Positions 12,353 to 27,573 of a stretch of DNA of 64,000 nucleotides are shown here, piece after piece; positions within the stretch are counted from its first letter, which is position 1; each line of letters starts with the position of its first letter. The notes beneath the pieces are model-generated. The model was not told the origin of the DNA, did not search any database, and saw only the letters and a list, made by a program, of their open reading frames with translations. The translations under genes and the position numbers were made by a program. The DNA is from Adineta vaga (Eukaryota; Animalia; Rotifera): contig CP075496.1 in assembly GCA_021613535.1 (NCBI GenBank), forward strand, positions 12,958,001-13,022,000, in the 5' to 3' direction.

Positions 12353-15300
12353 ATATTTCATAATGATGATTCGCATCTTGTTTTCTATTTGTTCTATCTA
12401 TAAAAATGATGCTAAAAGCACAATGAAAAGAATCTTTCAGTGCTAAATTATTCAACCGTAATCACTTTTCTATTTATGAAGATTAATTATAGGATGAAAA
12501 AAGTAGATATTTGGCGGATGTTATTCTGCCTAAAAGACATGTGTGTTTCTAGAAACTGAACTAGTGTTGACCATGACATTCTGGGAACTAATTATAATAA
12601 TAGATGTGATGAGTTCAAGTTCCTCGTTGAATATTAATCAGATTTGTTTGTTTAGAATATGAGATTTCATGATGAGAAATAATATGAAAAGAAACTTTTC
12701 CTTTTTTTCGCAAACTGATAATTATATCTGAAAAGAGAGATGTTTTTGTGTTTGTAAGACATTGACTTAGATAAAAGCTCTAGTTCTTTATTAACATAAT
12801 CATCAATATTGATAATATATAGAGAGAAATCTTTGAATCTAATTGATAGAATACATAGGAGTTTTTTCATTTTCTTTCATTCATAGTCTTTACTTCGTGT
12901 AATTGATTTGCAAACGGAATATATGTGAGTTGTTTAAACGTAGATTGGAGCGTTTGGTTTTAGCAATGCTGGCACTACAGTTCAGGAGATTTTCAGTAAA
13001 ATTCTGTTTTTCTTTCAAAGCCTTAATATTGTAGAAATCAGATATACACGTCACTGCACGCTGATTTAATGGATGAACGGAAGGAATAGGTCACATCAGC
13101 CGAGAAAAAATGTTCATTTTAATGTTATACTACGAGAGAATTATAATAACATTGATAAAAATAATCTATATATGAGACATGACTTTTTAAGATGTCTATC
13201 ACTAAATAGCAAGAACAGATGTTATTATTCAGTTCTTAGAATTCTCAAAAGAAAAAATCATGAATTTAATTCTGTTTAACATATCGTACTCATTGAATTA
13301 CATGTAACATTTCATCAATATTTTATTCTACAAATTATTCTTTACATAAGGATATCGAAATGATGCATAAATTCACGAATGAATACTGATTAAAATAAAT
13401 ACATGACTTCATTTTCATTATCACTTTAATTATAGATATGAAAATGTGAATATTTGTATAATTATAAGATGTTTTGTGTAATTCATGCATTCTAATCTTA
13501 ACCGATATACACCTGTGAAAGGTTATTGCTGTCGATATGTCATAATTTCTAGTGGAATGAGTACTTTTCATAAGTATTTGATTGTCAGTTTGGGAAAGAT
13601 TAGTTTTGATAAATGAATATTGGACGTCGTTTTGAAGTATATTACCTCAAAGTACATTTCAAATGACCTTCAGTTATGTAAAATTGATATTTATTATTTC
13701 ATAATATTAAACTATAATCTTAAAGGTTTTTCTTGAGCTAATTTTGATTATTTAATCCAAATGAAAGTTATGCCCTTAGAACTAGATGGCACCCGAGTTT
13801 GATACTCGTTTGCGAAATGCGGTGCGAAAGTACGAGTTGTAATAGCCAATGAATAACTAAAAGCAGATGTTAAGAAGAAAAGAATGTTCAATAAGTTGTC
13901 TATGAAATTTGTGTTGATAAAGTAAAATTGCAGTTGATTTGATTTGCTGGAATTTTGGACAAATAAGACGAATTTGATGAAAGATGTGAGCGGGAGAACT
14001 ATTCTATAATTGTATTTATTTTCTGAATTTAAACTAGATTGTATGTGAGGAACAAAGCAGAAAATTGTGGATAATAATTTCAAAAAAAATTTTAATAATG
14101 ATATTTAGCTTTAGTTTTATTTGAGTTATATACTTGCACATCAGGTAAAAACATATTCATGAATATAGAAGACCTAAAATGTAATTCATGAATAAAGAAA
14201 TAGAAAGATTTTCGATTCATTTAATCACTATTAGTAGTCATATCAATATCCAAAACTACGCAACCTCTACAAGTCATAGCAACTTCGATATATAGAGGAA
14301 TAATTTGATTCTCTAGTTTGCTGTAAAATATATGTTCGATAAGAGTAGCGCTTAAGTTTTATTTCAACATTCGTTTTAATTATCTCGAAAAAATCTATAG
14401 TCAAATTCGTTATTTTTAGGGAATTTTTGTATTCGAATATAGAAGATCATAATGAAATTTGGAAAACTGATGGTTTTACTGCAGTCTAGACACTTTAGTC
14501 TTCACATGAGATCACTTGTTTCTGATTTATCGTTCTTGAGATCATTGCGAGCGAAAAATGACAAAAAGATGTGTACGGGCGATAGAAAGGCACTTACTAA
14601 ATCGTATTCAGGATTCTCTGGCATGAAGAATACCCTGCGAATCATGAATTCCCATCAAACAAGAAAAATATACTCTGTGAAAAATTGCGACACTATTCCG
14701 ACAATATAATGCTTTATTGTCTTTCTCTAGAAGGAAAACGGCCAATTTACATAGGAATCCATTTTCTCGATCCATAGGATTCATTAAATTTTCAACAGAA
14801 GGTAGTACACGAGTAATCAAAGCACGAAACATGATTGAATTCATTACTATAAGAACTCTATCAAGAACTATCAATTTCTTTCTAACGAACACTATTGCTT
14901 GATCGGTTAATGAATTTGATGATTCATATGACTCACTATCTCTAGACCTCAGAAATAGTATAAATATCCATGAAGTATTTCGAACATCCGAATTTTATTG
15001 TGAACAAACGAAACATGATTCTGAAAACTGGACAAAAACTGCACCTTATTCGAGTCTTAAAATGTCTAATAACGTTTCAATGAGCATGATACGATCTACC
15101 GTTCTTGAGATCATCGCGACACAATATATGGACGTTAAATGCGTACAAAACGAACCACTAAAGAGTGCTTTCGCACCGCATTAAAAATGCAGAAATTATA
15201 TTTGTTTTTAATTGAAAGATAATAAAAACAATGAGGAATAGTGTATAGTTAATATTCTATGAGAGTACGTTTTGTAAATCATACTTTGTAAATTAAATGC

Positions 15301-16140
15301 TTTGAAAGTTGAATCAACACAAGCCATCATGATACTTCAAGTATATTCATTTTCTGAGTTTCACACAGTTCTTTGTTTTAGAGTTATCTCTCGGTTTTAC
15401 TCGAATGTCGTCAACTAATCAAGAGCATCATAGTTGTATGGCAAAGCAAAACCTTTATGAGAAATGAAAGGATCTATTCTCCAAATTTCCGAGTTCGCTT
15501 CTTTCGATTTGAGAAATTGACGGAGCGTTTCAAATCGTATTATGATAAAATGTCGACCGATAAAATTTTCTCATCTACATACTTCTACTAATGAATGAAA
15601 TAATTCAACAATAAATTTGTTTTCTGGCTGCTAATTTTGCTAGTTTTTTAAGTAAAAAACAAAGTGAAATTAAATCTATGATACGTAATGTGCATATATG
15701 AAAGTAGGAGCAGCTAGAACGGTTAAAAATAGCATTCTTCATGAACACACACATGATTTTCATACTTGTCTGGTATATATCATTTTGTTCAACGTGAATA
15801 TGAATCTCGATTAAACCTATCAAATCTACATTGCTAATTTGATACAGATCGTTCCAGCAACTTTATAAAGGTATCAAGGTATTAAAAAAGATGATCATCT
15901 ACAATTTGACTGTTGTCGATCGCATGATTTGATCATATATTTTCAACTATAAAAAAAACCGAAAGAAAAAAAGAAAGAAAAACAGTAAAATAGAGAACAG
16001 ACGACAACAAGAAGAAAGACCAATTCTGGTTTTTTTATGTTTGCTTTAATAAACAAGAGGTCTCTCGATTATATAGAGTAAGACGAACAATTTTTGCAGA
16101 GACGAAAAAGAGACAAAAGAAAAGTAGAAGACGAAGAAGA

Positions 16141-19700
<3,560 letters not shown>

Positions 19701-19923
19701 GATTTATAATCTATCTAGAAAACAAACAAAAAAACATAAAATCGATTTTCTTTTATGTTGTTTTCTTTATTCAAAACGTTCTTCTTTTCTATAGATAGAT
19801 ATTTGCATTTCTTTGTTTTCTCCTTTCGAACAAGAAAATGATGGTAATATAAGATACAAAAAAAAAAGAAACAATTGTTGATTTTGTTTGAAACATTTGT
19901 TTCCTTGATTTTGTTGGATGTTT

Positions 19924-20612
19924 TTATTTCGATTTCTTTTGTTTGATTTTTTTCATATAGAAATCAAGTTCTTTGCCTTCGAGGACATAACCATCACATC
20001 GGCCACATTGTCCTGGTCGAGAAGCAACACAAGCTAGAACACGTCCAGCTTGAAATTGTTCTTCAAGTCCTTGTTCAACTTTAGCACGACGTTGTTTAAT
20101 GGCAATTTTTTTTTGTGATTTAGCTGAACGTTTACGATTGAGAACAGCTTCTTCAGCTTCAGCTAATTTTACACCTTTCTTACGACCGAGTGGTAAGCCA
20201 TAATGTGATTCATACCATTGTCGAAATGGCACAGCATCAATTTGTACGATTGTTGATTTTGTTAAAGTTTTCGTACGTACTAATTCCTAAAATAATGAAT
20301 TCAATTTTTTTTTTGAAAAGGAAACATGGATGAATATAAATAACATACATTATTCGATGGATGATACATAACATCGATGACACGAGTTTTTTTGGCAACA
20401 CCTTCCGAACCCCATGAGAAATTTCCAATATCCAAACGAAGTGCACGATATTTTTTGTTACCACCACGTGTTCGAACAGTGTGAATACGTTTTGCACCTA
20501 ATTTGGTGAGAGCCGCTGGTCGACCTAATTCAAATTTTCGTTTTTTATGAGGTTGGGGACGTTTACCACCGGTCTTTCGTCGTTTATGCCAATGGTCACG
20601 GCTAATACCCAT
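19924..20612 (-). CDS. RPS8: 40S ribosomal protein S8 (eS8); one coding intron
   Basis: [18 protein letters not shown]...[15 protein letters not shown]; C-terminal [19 protein letters not shown]. Confidence 0.98.
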
Positions 20613-21028
20613 TGTTTTCTCTTAAAGGTATTATATAACTGATCTAAAAGATAAAACAAAGATCATATTGAGAAAAATTCATTTGTAAGAAAAAACACAA
20701 CAAGTATGTTTGTCGTTTATTGTATACAATTTAGAATCCATTTTTCTCGTTAGTTTACCAGTCCAAATCGCCTCATTGAAATGCATTGAAGGAGGATAGT
20801 TGAATGAAAAAGTTTTTTGTTTCAATCAACAAATTTTATTCTTAAAGAAAAAAATTCATCTTTCAATAAAAAATATACATTTAATTAAGGTAGTTTTCTA
20901 TTCAAACAACTTTTTAGTACGACCTCTAACGAGGTGAATTTATATTCTGGATTTAAAATTAACCAATAGGATATGTTGAAATATAGTATGGAATAACAAG
21001 ACGAAATAGATGATTTTTTATCAAATCA

Positions 21029-22737
21029 ATGTCGTTCGGGAAATCTCGTACAGTTACTCTTTGTTCTCTAGCAAATTTTATCAATGCTGCTGATCGAGCA
21101 ATTATGCCAAGTAAGTTTATTTTGTTCAGTCGACAGAATTAGTATTTGAATTTTCGTCTAGTCGCAATTATTCCAATGGCAAAGGAATTCCATTGGAATT
21201 TGCGATTACAAGGCTATATTCTATCATCATTTCCTATCGGTTACTTAACAAGTCAAATCTTTGCTCATATGTTTGTACGACGTTTTGGTACGAAAACTGT
21301 CCTTGCTTTTGCAGTATTTACATGGTCATTAGTTACGTTCGCGACACCATTTTTGGCACCTCTACCTTTTGTTTTGATTTGTTCAAGGATTGCCCTAGGG
21401 TTTGGAGAAGGGTTAGGTAAATGACAAAATCGAAAGTTTGAATTAGAAAATACTTTTTTTCTTTAGCATTACCAACCATATTTCATATATTCAGTAATTA
21501 TGTACCGATGGAAGAACGATCAAGATCGTTTAGTTATCTAATTGCATTAGGATCAGTTGGACAAACATTTGCAGCTGTGGTATGTCCACATATAGCATGG
21601 CGTGTTGTTTTCTTTATCTTTGGTTTAATGGGATTCTTTTGGACATTTATGTGGATTGTAACTTATAGAGATTTCAATATATCTATGGCAAATACGGGAG
21701 ATGAAGAAGCTTTTATTCATCCATCATCTAAAGTATTTAATTTCATTGGGAAAAAAATTGAAGTTAAGTTAACTTTTTTCTTCGAATGATTTTAGGTAGG
21801 AAATAAAAATTATCGATGGATTGAATTTATTTCACATTGGCCACTATGGGCGATTTATATTGCACATTTCGCTATGAATTGGTCATCCTATATAGTTATG
21901 GTATGGTTACCATCGTATCTAACGACAACATTTGATGCAGATCCAGCGAATTTATCATTTACAGCATTTCCGTATGTTATGAATTGCTTGTCAGGTGTTG
22001 GTAAGTCATTATTCAAAACATATGTCTCGAAATGAGAACAGTCCAAGATTCTATTTTTTCTTTGACTGTCAACCAATATAATGTAAAAATTAGTTCAGCA
22101 TAATCTTAGTTTTCTTTGAGAACTAGAAAATAATGTATGAAGTATATAGTTGCGTTACAGTTCGAGAGGTAATGTGTGAAATTTTTTTGTATCTAAATTG
22201 ATATTGATCTGTTTTTATTTTTCATAGAAAAAAAAAAACATATTGTTAATTTTATTTTTATTTTAGTCGCAGGTCATTTCGCTGATTCACTCATTCAAAA
22301 TCGATGGACAGTCTTATCTGTTCGTCGATTAATGACAGCCATTGGTTTACTTGGTCCTGGTCTTTTCATGCTCTTCTTCATATCAGTAGACAATCTTCTA
22401 CTTGCTGTTGTGTAATATTCATTCCGTTCAATTTCTTTTCTCAATCTAACATCCTTCTCACTTTAGTTTCATATCAATCAGTATGGGTTTAAGTGCATGT
22501 AATTCTGCTGGACATTTATCTAATCATGCTGATATAGCACCGAATCATGCGGGAATTACATTTGCTATATCAAATACTCTTGCAACGATACCTGGTATTT
22601 TAGCGGGACCTGTAACAGCTGAATTAGTTCAAGCTAGTCATGGTCGTTGGTTTCCAGTATTTATTCTTGCAAGTGGTGTTAATTTTGTTGGTGCGATTAT
22701 CTATCAAAGTCAAAGTGCGTCAACACAAATCTTGTGA
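21029..22737 (+). CDS. MFS anion:cation symporter, SLC17A9-like, multi-exon
   Basis: Spliced N-terminus MSFGKSRTVTLCSLANFINAADRAIMP; GYILSSFPIGY, RIALGFGEG, NHADIAPNHAGITFAISNT motifs of the SLC17 family. Confidence 0.88.
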
Positions 22738-23000
22738 ATAAATTCCATTAGACTGAATTGAATAGACAATGATGGATGTTTTTTTTTCTTATTTGTAAAA
22801 AAAAGGATCTGTTTGTATCATGAATGTAGTTACGAAATCTGATTTAAATGAAAAACAAATAGTTTTTTTTTACGTTTAAGTATGGGATATAAATATTCAT
22901 TATAAAAAAAAAGAGAAATTATCTTATTTGTATTTATAAATGAGAAAGGAGAAAACAAACAAAACATGTACACTTCTTTGATTTATCATTGTTTTTAGAT

Positions 23001-24194
23001 ATGCTTTATTTTATTGGTCTTGGTTTAGCTGATGTTGATGATTTAACTGTAAAAGGTTTACGAATAATTAAGAATTGTAAAGAAGTGTATTTGGAAACCT
23101 ATACAACAATTTTACAAATCGATCAGAAAACATTAGAAGAATTTTTAGGAATTCAAATCATTTCAGCTGATAGAGAGCTTGTGGAACTTTCTGCTGGTAA
23201 GATAGAGCATAAAAACATTCGAGAATTATCTTAAAAAGTCTCTTTTCTTTTTTTAAGATAAAATATTGAAAAATGCAGGAGAATATGATGTAGCATTTCT
23301 TGTTGGTGGCGATCCACTTTCTGCAACAACACATACAGATTTAATATTACGTGCTGTAGAATTGAATATTCCATATAAAATTATTCATAATGCATCAATT
23401 ATGAATGCGATTGGTAGTTGTGGATTACAGGTAAAGTCTTTTATCTTTCGATATTGAATTCAAAACATTATATTTATATTGTGATATGAAAAGTTATATC
23501 ATTTTGGTGAAACAGTTTCCATTGTCTTCTGGACAGATACATGGCGACCGACAAGTTTTTGTGAAAAAATTGTTGCTAATCGCCGACGTGGATTACATAC
23601 TCTGTGTTTATTAGGTAAACAAATTAAATCTCAATGAATGAAATTAATTCTTGATTATGATGAATATTTTAGATATTAAAATTAAAGAACAAGATGAAGC
23701 GAGTTATATGAAGTATGTTACTTATTTTATTGAATATATATATATATATATATATGAATGTTGTATGAGGATATATTTAGAAAGACAAAAACATATTTAC
23801 CACCTCGATTTATGACAACATCACAAGCAGCGTCGCAAATTCTTGAATCAGCTAAAGAATTAAAAGTTGAAGATCGTACGTAATTATTTCTTCTTTTTAC
23901 AAACAACACTAAATTTCATTCTAGTGTATGATTTATCAGATTGTTTTAAATTCTTTAGTTATCAATGACAATACATTATGTATCGGTGCAGCACGTATTG
24001 GTTGGTCTGATGAAAAATTTGTTACAACAACGTTACGTCGAATGGCTGATGAAGTTGATTTAGGACGTCCATTACATTCTCTTGTTATTGTTGGACAATT
24101 ACATCCACTTGAAATTGATTATCTCAAAATTCATACAATTGAATCATCCTTTGATCAGTTAGCTGTTGAGAATAATCAAAGTTTGAATCGTTAA
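23001..24194 (+). CDS. DPH5: Diphthine methyl ester synthase, multi-exon
   Basis: [69 protein letters not shown]. Confidence 0.96.
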
Positions 24195-24595
24195 AAGAAA
24201 AGTACTTATGTAAGCTGTTTTTTTGTTGTTGTTGTTGTTGTTGTTATTGTTTCTTTTTGCGTAGTCATCGAAAAGAACAGTGAACTGTTTTAATATAGAA
24301 CATGAAAATTATCGACTAGAATATACTTATGTCGATTTCGTATTGAAAAACACAACTATTTCTATAATTCTCTAACAAAATATCACACCGATCGCTTCAT
24401 TTAACTATAAAAGAAGACAAACGATGAATGCTATGTACTATTCACTTGTCTTACATTACAAGATATCTGATATCGTTCTTTTTTTCTTACTACATAACCT
24501 TTACTTTTATTTTATTTTATAAGAATGATTCATCGTTCTTCTAGATTTTCTTTCTTTGATTTTTAACAAACACTTTTTTAACTATTCGAATCTTC

Positions 24596-25006
24596 ATGGC
24601 AGCTACAAGTTCTGATGAAAGATCTGCAACGGAAAGTATCAATGATAAAATTAAGCAATTAATCAAAGATCATAAAGTCATTGTCTTTTCGAAAACTTAT
24701 TGTAAGTGATTCTTTTGTTCTTAGAAATTAAAAAATCATTTTCTTTCTCTTCAAGGTCCGTATTGTACGAAAGCAAAGAAAGTTCTTGGTAAATATAAAT
24801 TGAATGATTATAAAGTTATTGAACTTGATAATATGGATGATGGTGATGAATATCAAGAAATTCTCGGACAAATGACTGATGCCGATACGGTTCCACGTGT
24901 ATTTATTGCAGGAGAATGTATTGGCGGCGGTGATGATACGGAAAAATTAGACAAACAAGGTGAACTTGAAAAGAAATTGAAACAAGCTGATGCATTGGAG
25001 AAGTAA
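24596..25006 (+). CDS. Dithiol glutaredoxin (CPYC)
   Basis: Splicing out the intron starting at 24702 gives FSKTYCPYC; TVPRVFIAGECIGGGD downstream. Confidence 0.95.
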
Positions 25007-25187
25007 AAAGAAGATATTTTTACTGAAACATTTTTTTTCCCTTCAAATTTAATCAAAAGAATGAATTCTTTTCTAATCCGTTTTTGAAAATTTTATGAAT
25101 AAATATTCTGAGAATGATCTGAATATCCGAAAAATACTTGAAATACATATTTTCCATGGAAATTTTAGAGAAGTTTTGTGTCCCAAA

Positions 25188-25965
25188 ATGACAGAAGCAA
25201 GTACTGAACATGAAAAAGAATTTGAAAAACTTTTCAAGATTATTCATAATGTTAAATTTGCAATGTTAACAACAGTTAATGAAGATGGAACACTTCATAG
25301 CCGGTAATTTTCTTTTTATTTACTTGTATTTTCACTAATCTTCATTTTTAGACCCATGGTTAATAAACAAGCAGATTCATTCCATGGTGAACTCTGGTTT
25401 TTTACACAACGAAGTGGTAAGATTTGTCTATCGGAATGATCTTAATGAATTCATTCATTTACTTTTTCATTGTAGCACATAAGGTGACCGAATTAAAGAA
25501 AGGTTCAGAAGAAGTGAACGTGTCATTCTCCGATCCTGAACATCAATCCTGTATGTAATAATTTTGAAGAGACTTTTTTCCAATTAGAATTCCAAACTTT
25601 TTCAAGATGTTTCTATCAGTGGTCGTGCGGATTTAGTTGATGATAATACGAAGAAACAAGATTTATGGAATGATTCATTAAAAACATGGTAAATTGAATG
25701 ATAAAGAAATCAATTCAACTCTTTTAATCTTCTAGGGTTCCAAAAGGTCTTGATGATCCTGATTTAACATTACTTCGGTAAATAACTTTCTGTATAAAAC
25801 TTCAATTTACTTTGTTGATTTTTCAGCATTCATATAGTTGAAGCAGAATATTGGGATGCATCTGCATCGATTATGAAAAAGTTATATGGATTAGCAAAAG
25901 CATCGATTTTAGGTGATCATTCAACATTAGCTGGTGAAAATAAGAAACTTACATTAAGTTCATAA
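25188..25965 (+). CDS. General stress protein 26 / pyridoxamine-oxidase-like FMN-binding split-barrel protein (bacterial type), 6 exons
   Basis: Hand-spliced: ...FAMLTTVNEDGTLHSRPM...LWFFTQRSAHKVTEL...VNVSFSDPEHQSYVSISGRADLV...LWNDSLKTWVPKGLDDPDLTLLRIHIVEAEYWD. All five introns are GT..AG and preserve frame. Confidence 0.9.
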
Positions 25966-26709
25966 ACATGCATTTCATTTGCTCAATTTATTCCATTAAT
26001 CAAGCAATAAAATTCTATTTCGTACTTTCATTTTAACTCAGCAATTTTTTATTGATTTTAAAATAAAACTTATATTCTAAATACTTATCATAAACTATTG
26101 ACGTCTAAATGTATTACAGAAATATTATTTCTTCAGTAGTTATCACTTGTCGTTTAAGTATGACTTACTGAGAGAAGTATTTCAAGCGATTTTTTGCTAG
26201 AAGACATACTCAAGAAGCTACTAATTACTGTTTGAGATCGTAGATATAACGTCGAATATAGAATAGTTGTTTGGAGAAAGATATTTCTAGATTGTTATTT
26301 TTTTTGTACCAAAGATTGATCGATTGAGAAGATATCTTCGTTAGGTGAAGAAAAAGAGATGTGTATGTATTCTTGTTTGGTAGAATATGAAAGAGTTCTG
26401 TTTATTGATCATTTAATTAAGCAAGTTCCGTAATTGATACGAAAACATCGATATTAAACGATTCAATTGAGTTTCTTCGAGAATGCGATTAGGATAACTT
26501 GTTAATGAGATGAATGATTGTTGATCATTAGAGAACAACAAAATAATTTTGTTTTTCGATGAGTTTATCGAGAAATAAAAGCACGTCCTACGCACATCGA
26601 TCTCTTTTTTTCTTCTCATCTCATTTTGTTGAGTTATTTTTATAAGTGGAAAGTAATCGTTCAGACAACATTTATTCTCTCATTTATTTCGAATAAACTC
26701 AACTTCATC

Positions 26710-27218
26710 ATGCTATCTAATACTATTGTCCGATTAGCTATGGCCATGTGTCTAGCTTTCCTACTTTTCACAACTGTTCTTTCTGCATCCAGTGTAAGTT
26801 TTTTATTTGAATCATTACCTTTCATATTCATTTCAATTTGTTTAGACATCGGACATAAAAACTGAGTAAGATGATATGTCATTTCAGTGAGATCTTTTGA
26901 GTAGTTGCTGTTTTTTCTCTCTCTCTTGTAGAACCAATGTTCAAGAAACGCAATCGACAATGAACGAATCAGATGAAGATTTAAGTAAACTTTGCCAATA
27001 TTTCTGTTCGAATAATCATTTCTTTACTAAAAGGTAATGAATACCCACTCTTTTTTTGAAACTAGAAAAGATTTTTTTGTTATTCTAGAGCTTATTTAAA
27101 AGGTTTTGTTCATGGTCGATCTGTTGATGAAGAAGCTGATAGTAGTGATGATCTTTTGGATAAACGTTTTGTTCATGGTAAACGTTTCGTTCATGGCAAA
27201 CGTTTTGTTCATGGTTAA
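26710..27218 (+). CDS. Prepro-neuropeptide (FVH-amide repeats), 4 exons, 111 aa
   Basis: Exons 26710-26793, 26846-26865, 26932-27033, 27089-27218 join in frame: signal peptide, acidic spacer, then KR-AYLKGFVHG-R...DKR-FVHG-KR-FVHG-KR-FVHG-stop. Confidence 0.88.
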
Positions 27219-27573
27219 ACATCACTAAATCATCTAAAACATTTTCATTTTACTCATGCGTCTATTGTTATTATCAATCAGCTCGAAAACTAATAAAAAC
27301 AAAATGAATGATCTCGAAATTTGATGTTTACTAGTGACATCTGATGGAATTTGTTAAACGAGCGAGAGAAAGAATGAGAGAGTTGCACGTTTCCTCTGAC
27401 AACAATCAGAATAATGAAGTCGGAAGAGAAAAGGAGCGACCAAAATGAAAATATGAAGGCCTTCAATTTGATGATTTAACAGAGCATCGACGCGAAAAAA
27501 AAAAGAAGAAAAGTAACGAATTGTATTTCTTTTGTCATTGCAAAGAGAATCAAAAGATACTTCCTTGTAAATC

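Noticed and set aside
13748-14902. Cluster of 60-110 aa ORFs, including a DLLEFW string reminiscent of hAT transposase C-termini
   Set aside because: Frequent stops in that frame, no other transposase motifs, and no terminal inverted repeats or target-site duplication found.
27163-27215. 18-nt tandem repeat considered as a CRISPR-like or minisatellite array
   Set aside because: No spacers; it is the coding KRFVHG repeat of the neuropeptide precursor.
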